From assembly GCA_963707915.1 (NCBI GenBank), contig OY970178.1, positions 544,001 through 608,000 of the forward strand: a DNA stretch of 64,000 nt. Direction: 5' to 3'. This document shows positions 10,719 through 21,328 of the stretch, one piece after another. The stretch is from Candidatus Eiseniibacteriota bacterium. Lineage in GTDB: Bacteria > Eisenbacteria > RBG-16-71-46. Positions within the stretch are counted from its first letter, which is position 1; every line of letters starts with the position of its first letter. A program made the translations under genes and the position numbers. The notes beneath the pieces are model-generated. The model saw only the letters and a program-made list of their open reading frames with translations, was not told the origin of the DNA and ran no database searches.

Positions 10719-12465
10719 TTGAGCCGCTCCGGCCCCCGCTGCGAAGTGGGTCCCGCACCCGCGACGGGACCCGGCCCGGGCCCTGGCGCTGGCCCGCGAC
10801 CTGGGCGCGCCGGTGGCCGTCGCGCACGCCCTGGTGAACCGTGGCGTGCTGGACGCGGAATCGGCCCGGCGCTTCCTCGATCCCGGCATCGAGGACCTCC
10901 ACGACCCGTTCCTGCTGCGTGACCTGGACGTGGCGGTGGCGCGGATCGAGCGGGCGCTGGCGGACGGCGAGCGCATCTTCGTGCACGGCGACTACGACGT
11001 GGACGGGATCACCTCGACCTTCCTGCTCTCCTCGGTACTGCGACAGCTCGGCGCGCGGGTGGAGGTGCGGATCCCGCACCGCACCCGCGACGGCTACGGG
11101 CTGTCGGTGGAGGCCATGAACGACGCGCACCGCCGCGGCTGCGGGCTGGCCATCACCGTGGACTGCGGCGTCACCGCGGTCGACGCCGTGGCGCGCGGGC
11201 GCGAGCTGGGGCTCGACACGATCATCACCGACCACCACGAGCCGCCCGCGGTCCTGCCCGCGGCGCTGGCGATCGTGAACCCCCGGCGCGCCGGCTGCGC
11301 CTACCCGTTCAAGGCGCTCGCCGGCGTCGGCGTGACCTTCAAGCTGGCCGAGGCGCTGCTGCGCGGGCGCGGCGGCTTCGAGCTGGCGCGCCGGTTCCTC
11401 GACGTGGTGGCGCTGGGGACGATCGCGGACGTGGTCCCGCTGGAGGGGGAGAACCGCGTGCTGGCGCGACTCGGGCTCGAGAGCCTGAACCGCGCTCCGC
11501 GCGTGGGGCTCAAGGCGCTGATGGAGGTTTCGGGCCTGGCCGGCCGCCCGGTGACCAGCCGCCAGGTGGCGTTCGTGCTCGCGCCGCGCATCAATGCCGG
11601 CAGCCGCATGGGCAACGCCGAGCAGGGCCTGCGGCTGCTGGAGGCCCGGGAGCCGACCGAGGCCCGCGACCTGGCCCAGAGCCTCGACGACGACAACCAG
11701 CAGCGGCGCCGCCACGACGAGGAGGCGCTCGCGGAGGCGGCCCAGCGCGTCGAGCACGAGCTGGGGAAGGACTGCGCGTCGATCCTGCTCTGGTCGGAAC
11801 ACTGGCACGCGGGGGTGATCGGCATCGTGGCCTCGCGCCTGGTGGACCGCTTCCACCGACCGGCGGTGCTGGTGCGGCTCGACGGCGAGCGAGGGCGGGG
11901 CTCGGGCCGCAGCGTTCCGGGGCTCGACCTGAACGCCGTGCTGGCCGAGTGCAGCGACCTGCTCGAGGCGTACGGTGGTCACGCGTTCGCGGCCGGCCTG
12001 ACGGTGCACCGCTCGCGCCTGCCCGAGCTGCGCGAGCGGCTCGAGCGGCTGGTGGGCGAGCGGCTCCCGGCGGGCGCGCGCGCGCCGCTGCCCGAGATCG
12101 ACGCCGAGGTGACGCTGGCCGACTGCGACCTCGGCCTGGTGGGCTGGCTCGAGCGCATGTCCCCGCACGGTCTCGGGAACCAGGAGCCGCTGTTCCAGGT
12201 CACCGACCTGACCGTGGACTCGGTCAGCACCATGGGGCCCCGTGACGAACGGGGGCAGGGGCTGCACCTGCGGCTGCAGGTGCACGACGCGACCGGCGGA
12301 GCGGAGGCGGTCGGCTTCGGCCTGGGCGCGCGCGCGCGCGAGGTGCGGGGCGCGGCCCGCTGCGCGCTGGCGATCTGGCCGATGCGCAACGAGTGGCGGG
12401 GGGAGACCCGCGTGCAGCTCAAGGTGAAGGAGATGGACGTCGTCGAGCGGGCGGGCCGCCCGTGA
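10719..12465 (+). CDS. recJ: ssDNA exonuclease RecJ (start uncertain; probable 1-nt insertion near 10725)
   Basis: HGDYDVDG, DGYG, TVDCG, TDHH, LGTIADVVPL, APRINAGSRM, GSGRS, GGHAFAAG. Confidence 0.93.
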
Positions 12466-14672
12466 GCTCGGCCGGGCAGGCCCCGGAGGCGGCGGAGCTC
12501 CGCGCATCGCTGCTGGCCGTCCTCGACGAGAAGGTGCCGCGGGTGGACCGCGACCGCGTCGCCGCCTGCTTCGACTTCGCCGCGCAGGCGCACGGCGCGC
12601 AGCGCCGCGCCTCGGGACAGCCCTACATCTCGCACCCGGTGGCGGTCTGCCGCATCCTCATCGACCTGCTCGAATCGCGGCTCGACACGACCCTGGCCTG
12701 CGCGGCGCTGCTTCACGACGTCGCGGAGGACACCGCGACGCCGCTCGCGGAGGTCGAGAAGCGCTTCGGCCGCGAGGTCCGGGGCCTGGTCGAGGGCGTG
12801 ACCAAGCTGGCCGGGCTGCACGTCGACAGCCGCGAGGCGCAGCAGGCCGAGAACTTCCGCAAGATGCTGCTCTCGATGTCGCGCGACCTGCGCGTCATCT
12901 TCATCAAGCTCGCGGACCGCCTGCACAACATCCGCACCCTGGAGTTCCTGCCGCGCGAGCGGGCCGAGCGGATCGCCATCGAGACGCGCGACATCTACGC
13001 GCCGCTCGCCCACCGCCTGGGGATGGCCGGCATCAAGCGCGAGCTCGAGGACCTGAGCCTGAAGGTGCTCGACCCGCCGGCCTACCAGGAGCTGGCCCAG
13101 CGCATCCAGGCACGCCGGCAGGAGCGCGAGCGCTTCCTGTCGGGCGTGCGCGAGCGCCTCGAGGAGGGTCTCAAGGCGGTCGGCATCCGGGCCGAGGTCA
13201 GCGGCCGCCCCAAGCACTTCTACTCGATCTACGCCAAGCTCCGCGGGGGGCACGACTTCAAGAACATCTACGACCTGTTCGGTCTGCGCATCATCACGCA
13301 CACCCGCGGCGACTGCTACCGCGCGCTGGGCGTGGTGCACGACCTGTTCGAGCCGGTGCCGGAGCGCTTCAAGGACTACATCGCCACCCCCAAGAGCAAC
13401 ATGTACCAGTCGTTGCACACCACCGTGCTCGCCACCGGCCAGGAGATGGTGGAGGTGCAGATCCGCACGCGCGAGATGCACCGCACCGCGGAGACCGGGA
13501 TCGCCGCCCACTACGTGTACAAGCAGGGCGGCAAGGTGGACGAGGAGCTGGACGCGAAGCTCGGCGGGTTCATGGCGCAGACCGCGGACTGGCAGCGCGC
13601 CGCGAACGACGACGAGTACATGGACTTCCTGCGCACCGCCCTCTACCAGGAGGAGGTGTTCGCCTACACCCCGCGGCGCGAGCTCAAGCGCCTCCCCAAG
13701 GGGGCGACGGCGCTGGACTTCGCCTTCATGATCCACACGGCGGTGGGCCAGCACACGGTCGGCGCGCGCGTCAACGGCGAGCTCGTGCCCCTGCGGCACG
13801 CGCTGCAGAACGGCGACACGGTCGAGATCATCACCTCCCCGCAGGCCCAGCCGCACGAGGACTGGCTGCACATCCTCCAGCTGCCGGGCGCGCGCAGCCA
13901 GGTGCGGCACTGGCTGCGGCAGCGGCGCCGCACCGACAGCGTGGCGCTGGGGCGCGAGATGCTGGAGCGCGAGCTCAAGCGCCTGCGCAGCCGGCCCACG
14001 GAGGTGCCGCTCGAGGAGGTCGCGCGGGCCTTCGGCTGCGCGGACCTCGAGACGCTCTACGCGCGCGTGGCCGAGGGGCAGGTCTCGCTGACCCAGGTGA
14101 CGCAGAAGCTCCTGCCGCCGAAGGAGGGGCTGGCGGAGCGCCTCACGAAGGGGCCGCTCGAGGCGCTGGGCCTCGGACGGCGGCCGACCGGCGGCATCCG
14201 CATCCAGGGCGTGGAGAACGTCATGGTGACCTACGCGCGCTGCTGCCAGCCGGTGCCGGGCGATCGCGTGGTGGGCATCGTCACGGTCGGGCGCGGCGTC
14301 TCGGTGCACCGGCAGGACTGCCCGAACACCTTCGGCGACCGCGTGCCGCGCGAGCGCCGGGTCTCGGTCGACTGGGACGTGAGCCTCGACCACAAGTTCC
14401 CGGTGCGGCTGCTGGTGTACGGCCACGACCGGAATTCCCTGCTGGCCGACATCGCCCGGGCCATCTCGCAGACCTCGGTCAACATCCGCAGCGCCGGCGT
14501 GGCGAGCGAGGACCGCCGGGCGCGCGGGGTGTTCGTGATCGAGGTGCCGCACCTGGCGAAGCTGCAGGACGTCATCCACACCATCCGGCAGGTGAGCGGC
14601 GTGACCCGGGTCGAGCGGCGCCAGCGGCTGCTCCGCGCCGACCGGCCGCCGGGCGGCGGAGACCGGCGGTGA
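12462..14672 (+). CDS. rel: Bifunctional (p)ppGpp synthetase/hydrolase (Rel/SpoT)
   Basis: PYISHP, LLHDVAEDT hydrolase, KLADRLHN, YQSLHT, EVQIRT, TGS, CC and ACT domains. Confidence 0.96.
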   Translation: MSSAGQAPEAAELRASLLAVLDEKVPRVDRDRVAACFDFAAQAHGAQRRASGQPYISHPVAVCRILIDLLESRLDTTLACAALLHDVAEDTATPLAEVEKRFGREVRGLVEGVTKLAGLHVDSREAQQAENFRKMLLSMSRDLRVIFIKLADRLHNIRTLEFLPRERAERIAIETRDIYAPLAHRLGMAGIKRELEDLSLKVLDPPAYQELAQRIQARRQERERFLSGVRERLEEGLKAVGIRAEVSGRPKHFYSIYAKLRGGHDFKNIYDLFGLRIITHTRGDCYRALGVVHDLFEPVPERFKDYIATPKSNMYQSLHTTVLATGQEMVEVQIRTREMHRTAETGIAAHYVYKQGGKVDEELDAKLGGFMAQTADWQRAANDDEYMDFLRTALYQEEVFAYTPRRELKRLPKGATALDFAFMIHTAVGQHTVGARVNGELVPLRHALQNGDTVEIITSPQAQPHEDWLHILQLPGARSQVRHWLRQRRRTDSVALGREMLERELKRLRSRPTEVPLEEVARAFGCADLETLYARVAEGQVSLTQVTQKLLPPKEGLAERLTKGPLEALGLGRRPTGGIRIQGVENVMVTYARCCQPVPGDRVVGIVTVGRGVSVHRQDCPNTFGDRVPRERRVSVDWDVSLDHKFPVRLLVYGHDRNSLLADIARAISQTSVNIRSAGVASEDRRARGVFVIEVPHLAKLQDVIHTIRQVSGVTRVERRQRLLRADRPPGGGDRR

Positions 14673-15139
14673 GGGCGCTGGTGCAGCGGGTGACGCGCGC
14701 GCGCGTCAGCGTGGCGGGACAGGTCACCGGCGAGATCGGCCCGGGCCTGCTGGTGCTGCTCGGGGCGGGCCACGCCGACGGCGAGGGGCAGGCGGCGTGG
14801 CTGGCGCGGAAGCTCGCCGGGCTGCGGGTCTTCGCGGACCCGGAGGGCCTCATGAACCTGGACCTGCGCCAGGCCGGCGGGGCCGCGCTGGTCGTGCCGC
14901 AGTTCACGCTGTACGGCGACACCCGGCGCGGCCGGCGCCCGGATTTCACCGCGGCCGCGCCCCCCGCGCAGGCGGAGCCCCTGTTCGAGCGGTTCTGCGC
15001 GCTGCTGGCCGCCGAGGGCGTGCCGGTCCGGCGCGGCGTCTTCGGGGCGCACATGGCGGTCGAGCTGCTCAACGACGGGCCGGTGACGCTGCTGGTCGAG
15101 ACGCCGCCCGCGGGCACGGCGGGGGCGGAGGGGGGATGA
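14669..15139 (+). CDS. dtd: D-aminoacyl-tRNA deacylase
   Basis: MRALVQRV, PQFTL, GRRP, FGAHM, NDGPVT. Confidence 0.96.
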   Translation: MRALVQRVTRARVSVAGQVTGEIGPGLLVLLGAGHADGEGQAAWLARKLAGLRVFADPEGLMNLDLRQAGGAALVVPQFTLYGDTRRGRRPDFTAAAPPAQAEPLFERFCALLAAEGVPVRRGVFGAHMAVELLNDGPVTLLVETPPAGTAGAEGG

Positions 15140-15738
15140 GCGCGCCGCGCCGCGACCCGGGTGGGCTGTTCTACGCGGGCAGCGCGCCCGTCGTGCTGGC
15201 GTCGGCCTCGCCGCGCCGCGTCGCGCTGCTGCGCCAGGTCGGCCTGGCCTTCACGGTGGCGGACCCGGGGCCCGACCGCGACTGGCCCGGGCGGGCCGAG
15301 CCGCGCCACGGGGTGCGCGCCCTGGCGCTCGAGAAGGCGCGGCGGGTGGCGGCGCGGCGCCCCGGGGCGCTGGTCATCGGTGCCGACACGCTGGTGGTGG
15401 CGCGCGGGGTGCGGCTCGGCAAGCCCGCCAGCGAGGCCGAGGCCCTCGAGATGCTGCGGCGGCTCCAGGGCCGCACGCACGAGGTCTGGACCGGCCTCGC
15501 CGTCGTGAGCGGCGGCGAGCAGCGCACCGCCGCCGAGGTCACGAAGGTGCAGTTCGCGCGGCTCGACGACGACGAATTGCGCGCCTACGCCCGCAGCGGC
15601 GAGCCGCTGGACAAGGCGGGGGCCTACGGCATCCAGGGGCTGGCCGCGCAGCTCGTCCGCCGGATCGACGGGGACTACAGCAACGTGGTCGGGTTGCCGC
15701 TGGCCCGGTTGCGGCAGGTGCTGAAGGAGTTCGCGTAG
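15136..15738 (+). CDS. maf: Maf-family nucleotide pyrophosphatase
   Basis: LASASPRR, GADT, LGKP, DKAGAYGIQG, NVVGLP. Confidence 0.95.
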   Translation: MSAPRRDPGGLFYAGSAPVVLASASPRRVALLRQVGLAFTVADPGPDRDWPGRAEPRHGVRALALEKARRVAARRPGALVIGADTLVVARGVRLGKPASEAEALEMLRRLQGRTHEVWTGLAVVSGGEQRTAAEVTKVQFARLDDDELRAYARSGEPLDKAGAYGIQGLAAQLVRRIDGDYSNVVGLPLARLRQVLKEFA

Positions 15739-15812
15739 GGGTGGCGCGGCCGCCGGGCGCGCGGGGCCGGCGTGCCCCGGAAGGCGGCCGGGAGGGGCGG
15801 GAGCGCCCCGGC

Positions 15813-15842
15813 TTGACACCCGTTTCCGCAGACTGCTAGTCT
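15813..15842 (+). promoter_or_regulatory. sigma70 promoter of rplM-rpsI
   Basis: TTGACA-N18-TAGTCT with TG extension. Confidence 0.65.
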
Positions 15843-15945
15843 CCGACGCTTCTTGTGGATACGGGGGAGTCCCTGTAACCGGTGGCTGCGGCTCGCCGTG
15901 GCCCCGCCGAGGCTCGCCCGACGGGATCGTGTAGCGGAGGATGGC

Positions 15946-16377
15946 ATGAAGACTTATTCCGCCCGGCCGACCGACGTCCAGCGGCAGTGGCTGGTCGTGG
16001 ATGCCGAGGGCAGGACGCTGGGGCGGCTCGCGACTCAGGTTTCGATGGTGCTGCGAGGCAAGCACAAGGCGATCTACACGCCCCACATCGACACCGGCGA
16101 CCACGTCGTCGTGATCAACGCGAGCAAGGTGGTCCTCACCGGTCGCAAGCCCGAGGACAAGCGGTACTTCCACCACTCGATGTACCCGGGCGGCGCCTCG
16201 TGGACCTCGATCCGCGAGCTCATGGCCAAGCATCCCGAACGGGTCGTGATGAAGGCGGTGCACGGCATGATGCCCAAGACGAAGCTGGGCCGGGCCATGG
16301 AGAAGAAGCTCAAGGTGTACGCGGGGGCGGAGCACCCGCACGTGGCGCAGCAGCCGGTTCTCTGGAACCCCGAGTAG
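15946..16377 (+). CDS. rplM: 50S ribosomal protein L13
   Basis: [35 protein letters not shown]. Confidence 0.98.
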   Translation: MKTYSARPTDVQRQWLVVDAEGRTLGRLATQVSMVLRGKHKAIYTPHIDTGDHVVVINASKVVLTGRKPEDKRYFHHSMYPGGASWTSIRELMAKHPERVVMKAVHGMMPKTKLGRAMEKKLKVYAGAEHPHVAQQPVLWNPE

Positions 16378-16390
16378 GACGAGGAGAGGC

Positions 16391-16789
16391 ATGGCGACCG
16401 AGATCACGAACAAGCCCCTGACGGGGCGGCGCAAGCAGGCGGTGGCCCGCGCGTTGTTGACGCCCGGCAATGGCAAGCACCTGGTGAACGACCGCACCCC
16501 GCTCGAGTACCTGACGCGGGAGACGCTGGTCCAGACGGCCTTCCACGCGCTGGTCGTGGCGGGCGCCGAGGGCAAGTTCAACGTCGTGGCGCGGGTGCAC
16601 GGCGGCGGGCTCACGGGCCAGGCCGGCGCCATCCGTCTCGCCGTGGCGCGGGCGCTGGTGCGCCAGGACGAGGCCCTGCGTGCCGTGCTCGGCCGCGCCG
16701 GGCTGCTGACGCGCGATCCGCGCATGAAGGAACGCAAGAAGTACGGACAGCCGGGGGCGCGCAAGCGCTTCCAGTTCAGCAAGCGCTAG
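16391..16789 (+). CDS. rpsI: 30S ribosomal protein S9
   Basis: GRRK, GGGLTGQAGAIR, KERKKYGQPGARKRFQFSKR. Confidence 0.98.
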   Translation: MATEITNKPLTGRRKQAVARALLTPGNGKHLVNDRTPLEYLTRETLVQTAFHALVVAGAEGKFNVVARVHGGGLTGQAGAIRLAVARALVRQDEALRAVLGRAGLLTRDPRMKERKKYGQPGARKRFQFSKR

Positions 16790-16803
16790 TCCGGGAAACC
16801 AAA

Positions 16804-16883
16804 CCACACGCCCTGCCGGAGCGCCGGGGTCCCCGAGGGGGGCCGCGCTCGTGGACGACGGACGGGGCGGAGGGCAGAACCCC
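16804..16883 (+). promoter_or_regulatory. rpsB leader (t44-like S2 autoregulatory RNA)
   Basis: CCACACG...CGCCGGGGT...GGAGG..AACCCC follows the conserved rpsB 5' UTR pattern, including the GGGGT/ACCCC pairing. Confidence 0.75.
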
Positions 16884-16896
16884 GAGGAGGATGGTC

Positions 16897-17661
16897 GTGG
16901 CGGACATCGTGATGAAGGAACTGCTCGAAGCCGGTGTGCACTTCGGGCATCAGACGCGGCGGTGGAATCCGCAGATGAAGAAGTTCATCTTCATGGAGCG
17001 GAACGGCATCTACATCATCGACCTCCAGAAGACGCTGAAGTGCGCGCAGGAGGCGAAGGCCGTGATCGAGAAGGTGGTGCGCGGCGGGGGGCACGTGCTC
17101 TTCATCGCGACCAAGAAGCAGGCCAAGCCCATCGTGGTCGAAGAGGCCACGCGCTGCGGCCAGTACCACGTGACCGAGCGCTGGCTGGGCGGCATGCTCA
17201 CGAACTTCAAGACCATCCGGACGAGCATCAAGCGGTTGCACGATCTCGACCGCATGGCGACCGACGGGACGTTCGAGAAGATGAGCAAGAAGGAGGTCTC
17301 GCGCCTGTCGCGCGAGCGCGCCCGCCTGGAGTTCGCCTTCTCGGGCATCAAGGAGATGCCGGGCGTGCCGTCGCTGGTCTTCGTGATCGACACCAAGAAG
17401 GAGAAGATCGCGATCGCCGAGGCGAACCGCCTCGCGGTCCCGATCGTGGGCGTGGTCGACACCAATTGCGACCCGACCGTGGTGAACTACCCGATCCCGG
17501 GGAACGACGACGCGATCCGCTCCATCCGCCTGTTCACGCGCATGGTCGCGGACACCATCCTCGAGACGCGCGCCGTCGCCCTGGAGGGCGCCGACCAGGA
17601 GACCGTCTCGTTCGGCGGCGAAGAGGCCGAGGGCGAGGTCCAGACCGCGAGCCCTCGGTAA
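16897..17661 (+). CDS. rpsB: 30S ribosomal protein S2
   Basis: LLEAGVHFGHQTRRWNP, RWLGGMLTNF, PGNDDAIRS. GTG 16897 is better spaced from GAGGAGG than ATG 16891. Confidence 0.98.
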   Translation: MADIVMKELLEAGVHFGHQTRRWNPQMKKFIFMERNGIYIIDLQKTLKCAQEAKAVIEKVVRGGGHVLFIATKKQAKPIVVEEATRCGQYHVTERWLGGMLTNFKTIRTSIKRLHDLDRMATDGTFEKMSKKEVSRLSRERARLEFAFSGIKEMPGVPSLVFVIDTKKEKIAIAEANRLAVPIVGVVDTNCDPTVVNYPIPGNDDAIRSIRLFTRMVADTILETRAVALEGADQETVSFGGEEAEGEVQTASPR

Positions 17662-17734
17662 CCGGGGACCGGGTTCGATGGACGCCCGTCCGTGAGTTCG
17701 TCGCGGGCGGGCGTCGTGACGACAGGGGAGTGAG

Positions 17735-18331
17735 ATGACGATCACCGCCGAACAGGTGAAACAACTCCGGGACCGCACCGCGGCCGGGATGATGGAGTGC
17801 AAGAAGGCGCTGAACGAGGCCGGCGGCGACCTGGAGAAGGCCGTCGACCTGCTGCGCAAGGCCGGCAACGCGCGGATGGAGGGGCGGGTCGGGCGCGCCG
17901 CGAACGAGGGCCTGGTGGAGGCGTACATCCACCCGGGAAACCGCACGGGCGTGCTCATCGAGGTGAACTGCGAGACCGACTTCGTCGCGCGCACCCCCGA
18001 GTTCGCGGAGCTCGTGCGCAACCTCGCCATGCAGGTGGCGGCCCTGGGCGCGGAGTTCGTGAAGCGCGAGGACGTGCCGGCGGAGCGGGTGGAGCGCGAG
18101 CGGGCCATCTACGCGGGCCAGGTCGAGGGGCAGGGCAAGCCGGCGGCCATCGTCGAGAAGATCGTGGAAGGCAAGCTCGAGCGGTTCTATGCCGAGGTGT
18201 GCCTGCTCGACCAGCCGTACATTCGCGACGACAAGATGAAGGCCGGCGACCTGGTGCGGGACGCCGCCCGCAAGACGGGCGAGAACGTCTCCGTGCGTCG
18301 CTTCACGCGGTTCCGGCTCGGACAGGACTGA
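17735..18331 (+). CDS. tsf: Elongation factor Ts (short form)
   Basis: [29 protein letters not shown]. Confidence 0.98.
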   Translation: MTITAEQVKQLRDRTAAGMMECKKALNEAGGDLEKAVDLLRKAGNARMEGRVGRAANEGLVEAYIHPGNRTGVLIEVNCETDFVARTPEFAELVRNLAMQVAALGAEFVKREDVPAERVERERAIYAGQVEGQGKPAAIVEKIVEGKLERFYAEVCLLDQPYIRDDKMKAGDLVRDAARKTGENVSVRRFTRFRLGQD

Positions 18332-18335
18332 CCCG

Positions 18336-19049
18336 GTGGCCGGCCGCTGGCAGCGAGTGCTGCTGAAACTCTCGGGCGAGCTGCTCGCCGGGGGGGCCGG
18401 TCACGGCATCGACGAGTCGGTGCTGGACTCGCTGGCCGACGAGATCCGGGACGTGCGCGGGCACGGCGTCGAGGTCGGGATCGTGACCGGCGGCGGGAAC
18501 ATCTTCCGGGGCCTCGCGGCGAGCACGCGCGGGATGGACCGGGTCGGCGCCGACACCATGGGGATGCTGGCCACGGTCATCAACGGGCTGGCGCTGCAGC
18601 ACGCCCTCGAGAAGCGCGGTGTCCACACCCGCGTGATGTCGGCGATCGAGATGGACCGCGTGTGCGAGCCCTACATCCGGCGGCGCGCGGTGCGCCACCT
18701 CGAGAAGGGGCGCGTGGTCGTGCTGGTCGCGGGGACCGGCAACCCGTACTTCACCACCGACACCGCCGCGGCCCTGCGGGCCGTCGAGATCGGTGCCGAG
18801 GTGGTGCTCAAGGCCACCAAGGTGGATGGTATCTTCAGCAGCGATCCGGTCACCCACCCGGACGCGGTGTTCTATCCCGGCATCACCTATCAGGAGATCC
18901 TCGATCGCGGTCTCGCGATCATGGATCTGACGGCGATCACCCTGCTCAAGGAGAACCGCCTGCCGCTGGTGGTCTTCAACGTGGGTCAGCGGGGGAACCT
19001 GCTGAAGCTGGTGCAGGGGGAGGCGCTGGGGACCTCGGTCACGGAGTGA
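18336..19049 (+). CDS. pyrH: UMP kinase
   Basis: [24 protein letters not shown]. Confidence 0.98.
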   Translation: MAGRWQRVLLKLSGELLAGGAGHGIDESVLDSLADEIRDVRGHGVEVGIVTGGGNIFRGLAASTRGMDRVGADTMGMLATVINGLALQHALEKRGVHTRVMSAIEMDRVCEPYIRRRAVRHLEKGRVVVLVAGTGNPYFTTDTAAALRAVEIGAEVVLKATKVDGIFSSDPVTHPDAVFYPGITYQEILDRGLAIMDLTAITLLKENRLPLVVFNVGQRGNLLKLVQGEALGTSVTE

Positions 19050-19054
19050 CGGCC

Positions 19055-19612
19055 ATGACGCACAAGATGCTGGTCGAAGCCGAAGATCGGATGAAGAAGG
19101 CGGTCGAGGGGGTGCGCCGGGAGCTGACCGGCATCCGCTCGGGCAAGGCGAGCCCGGCGCTGCTCGACAGCGTGCGCGTGGAGGCGTACGGGCAGGTCGT
19201 GCCCCTGATCCAGGTGGGGCAGGTGTCCGCGCCCGAGCCGCGGCTGCTCATGGTGCAGCCCTACGACCGCAGCCTGGTGAAGGTGGTGGCCCGGGCGATC
19301 CTGCAGTCGGACCTGGGCCTCAACCCGACCGACGACGGGTCGGTCGTGCGCGTGCCGATCCCGACCCTGACGGAGGAGCGGCGCCGGGACCTGGTGAAGC
19401 TGGTGTCGAAGTTCGCCGAGGAAGGCCGCGTGCACATCCGGCAGATCCGTCACGACGTCATCCACGACCTCAAGAAGCAGGGCAAGGAAGGCACGCTCCC
19501 CGAGGACGAGGAGCGCCGGCTCGAGACCGAGACGCAGAAGCTGACCGACCGGTACATCGTGGTCGTGGACGAGCTGCTGAAGAAGAAGACGGCCGAGGTC
19601 ATGGAGGTCTAG
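19055..19612 (+). CDS. frr: Ribosome recycling factor
   Basis: IRSGKASPALLD, LGLNP, PTLTEERR. Confidence 0.97.
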   Translation: MTHKMLVEAEDRMKKAVEGVRRELTGIRSGKASPALLDSVRVEAYGQVVPLIQVGQVSAPEPRLLMVQPYDRSLVKVVARAILQSDLGLNPTDDGSVVRVPIPTLTEERRRDLVKLVSKFAEEGRVHIRQIRHDVIHDLKKQGKEGTLPEDEERRLETETQKLTDRYIVVVDELLKKKTAEVMEV

Positions 19613-19683
19613 CGCGCGCGGTCGCAGGACCGCCCACGCTGGCGCCCCCGCGCCGGGAGCCGTGCCGGGCCCCGGGAGGATCG

Positions 19684-20427
19684 GTGCCCACGCGCATCCC
19701 GACGATCGAGGAACTGAAGGCCCGCGGCAACCTGCCGCGCCACGTCGCCATCATCATGGATGGCAACGGGCGCTGGGCGAAGGCCCGCGGCGCGCCCCGG
19801 CTGTTCGGACACCGCGCCGCGCGGGAGTCGGTGCGCGAAGCGGTGCGCGGTTGCGCCGCGCTGGGGGTCGAGGTCCTCACCCTCTACACGTTCTCGACCG
19901 AGAACTGGGACCGGCCGGCGCGCGAGGTCGCGGCGCTGATGGCCCTGCTGCGTGCGAGCCTGCGCCACGAGCGGGCCGAGCTCAAGGCCAACAACGTGCG
20001 CCTGCAGGTCATCGGGCGCATCGCCGACCTCCCCGCGCCGGTGCGGCGCGCCATCGCGGAGACCCAGGAGCACCTGGCCGGCTCCACCGGGATGCTGTTG
20101 AACCTGGCCCTGTCCTACGGCGGCCGGGTCGAGCTGGTGGATGCCGTCCGCCGCATCCTGGGAGAGGGCGCGGAGCGGCGCCTGTCGCCCAAGGACGTGG
20201 ACGAGGAACTGGTGGCGAGCTTCCTCTACACCGCCGGGCTGCCCGACCCGGACCTGCTCATCCGCACCAGCGGGGAGATGCGCATCTCCAACTTCATGCT
20301 CTGGCAGCTCGCCTACACCGAATTCTGGGTGACGGACACGCTGTGGCCCGACTTCCGGCGCCGGCACCTCTTCCAGGCGGTCGCGGAATACCAGCGCCGG
20401 GAACGGCGCTTCGGCCGGGTGGACTGA
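19684..20427 (+). CDS. uppS: Undecaprenyl diphosphate synthase
   Basis: HVAIIMDGNGRWA, FSTENW, DLLIRTSGEMRISNF. Confidence 0.97.
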   Translation: MPTRIPTIEELKARGNLPRHVAIIMDGNGRWAKARGAPRLFGHRAARESVREAVRGCAALGVEVLTLYTFSTENWDRPAREVAALMALLRASLRHERAELKANNVRLQVIGRIADLPAPVRRAIAETQEHLAGSTGMLLNLALSYGGRVELVDAVRRILGEGAERRLSPKDVDEELVASFLYTAGLPDPDLLIRTSGEMRISNFMLWQLAYTEFWVTDTLWPDFRRRHLFQAVAEYQRRERRFGRVD

Positions 20428-20428
20428 C

Positions 20429-21328
20429 GTGGACGGGGGACCGGGGCCGGCGGAGGGCGAGGGCGGGGCGGCGGCGGGCCGCGCGAAGAGCGCGCCGTGG
20501 TCGCTGTGGCTGCGCATCGCGAGCGGCGTGGTCTTCGTGCCCCTGCTGGTGCTGCTGGCCCGCGCGGGCGGCGTCGCCTTCGCCGGGCTGGTCGCGCTGG
20601 TGGTGACGGTCGGGCTGCGCGAGTTCTACCGGATGATGCGGGGCAAGGGCCTCTTCCCGTACCCGCTCCTGGGACTGCTGGGCGGTCTGGGCGTGGTGGC
20701 GAAGTGCTTCCGGCCCCACCAGAGCCAGAGCGACCTGCTATTGACCGGGGCCGTGCTGGTCACGCTGGGGCTGGGCCTGCGGCGCCCGGACCTGAAGGGC
20801 CGCGTCGAGGGCATGGCGGTGACGCTCTTCGGCGTGCTCTACGTCGGCTGGCTGTCCGCGCACCTGGTGCTGTTGCGGGAGCTGCCGTGGCGCGCCGGCA
20901 CGCCGTATGCGGACGGCGCGGCCTACGTGCTGCTCGCCTTCTTCCTGACCTGGAGCTGCGACACGGCGGCGTACGCGGTGGGGCGTGCCTTCGGGCGCAC
21001 GCGGCCGTGGACGCGGATCTCCCCGCGCAAGTCGGTGGAGGGGGCGTGGGGTGGACTGGCCGCGGCGGTGGTGGCGGGCTTCGTGGCGCGGGCCTGGTTC
21101 GCGCCGTTCCTCACCCTGCTGGACGCCGCGGTGCTGGGCCTTGGCGTCGGCGTGTTCGCGCAGGTCGGGGACCTGGTCGAGTCGATGCTCAAGCGCGACG
21201 CGCAGCACGGCGACTCCTCGGACTTCATCCCGGGCCACGGTGGCGTGCTCGACCGCTTCGACTCGCTGCTGTTCGCGGCTCCGCTGGTGTTCTACTACCT
21301 CAAGATCGCCGTCTTCCGGATCCCGTGA
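20429..21328 (+). CDS. cdsA: Phosphatidate cytidylyltransferase
   Basis: DTAAY, ISPRKSVEG, GDLVESMLKR, IPGHGGVLDRFDS. Confidence 0.96.
   Translation: MDGGPGPAEGEGGAAAGRAKSAPWSLWLRIASGVVFVPLLVLLARAGGVAFAGLVALVVTVGLREFYRMMRGKGLFPYPLLGLLGGLGVVAKCFRPHQSQSDLLLTGAVLVTLGLGLRRPDLKGRVEGMAVTLFGVLYVGWLSAHLVLLRELPWRAGTPYADGAAYVLLAFFLTWSCDTAAYAVGRAFGRTRPWTRISPRKSVEGAWGGLAAAVVAGFVARAWFAPFLTLLDAAVLGLGVGVFAQVGDLVESMLKRDAQHGDSSDFIPGHGGVLDRFDSLLFAAPLVFYYLKIAVFRIP

Noticed and set aside
10663..10722. In-frame TGA upstream of recJ as selenocysteine or readthrough
   Set aside because: It is not at a catalytic position and no SECIS is evident. A 1-nt insertion after TTG 10719 explains it more simply.
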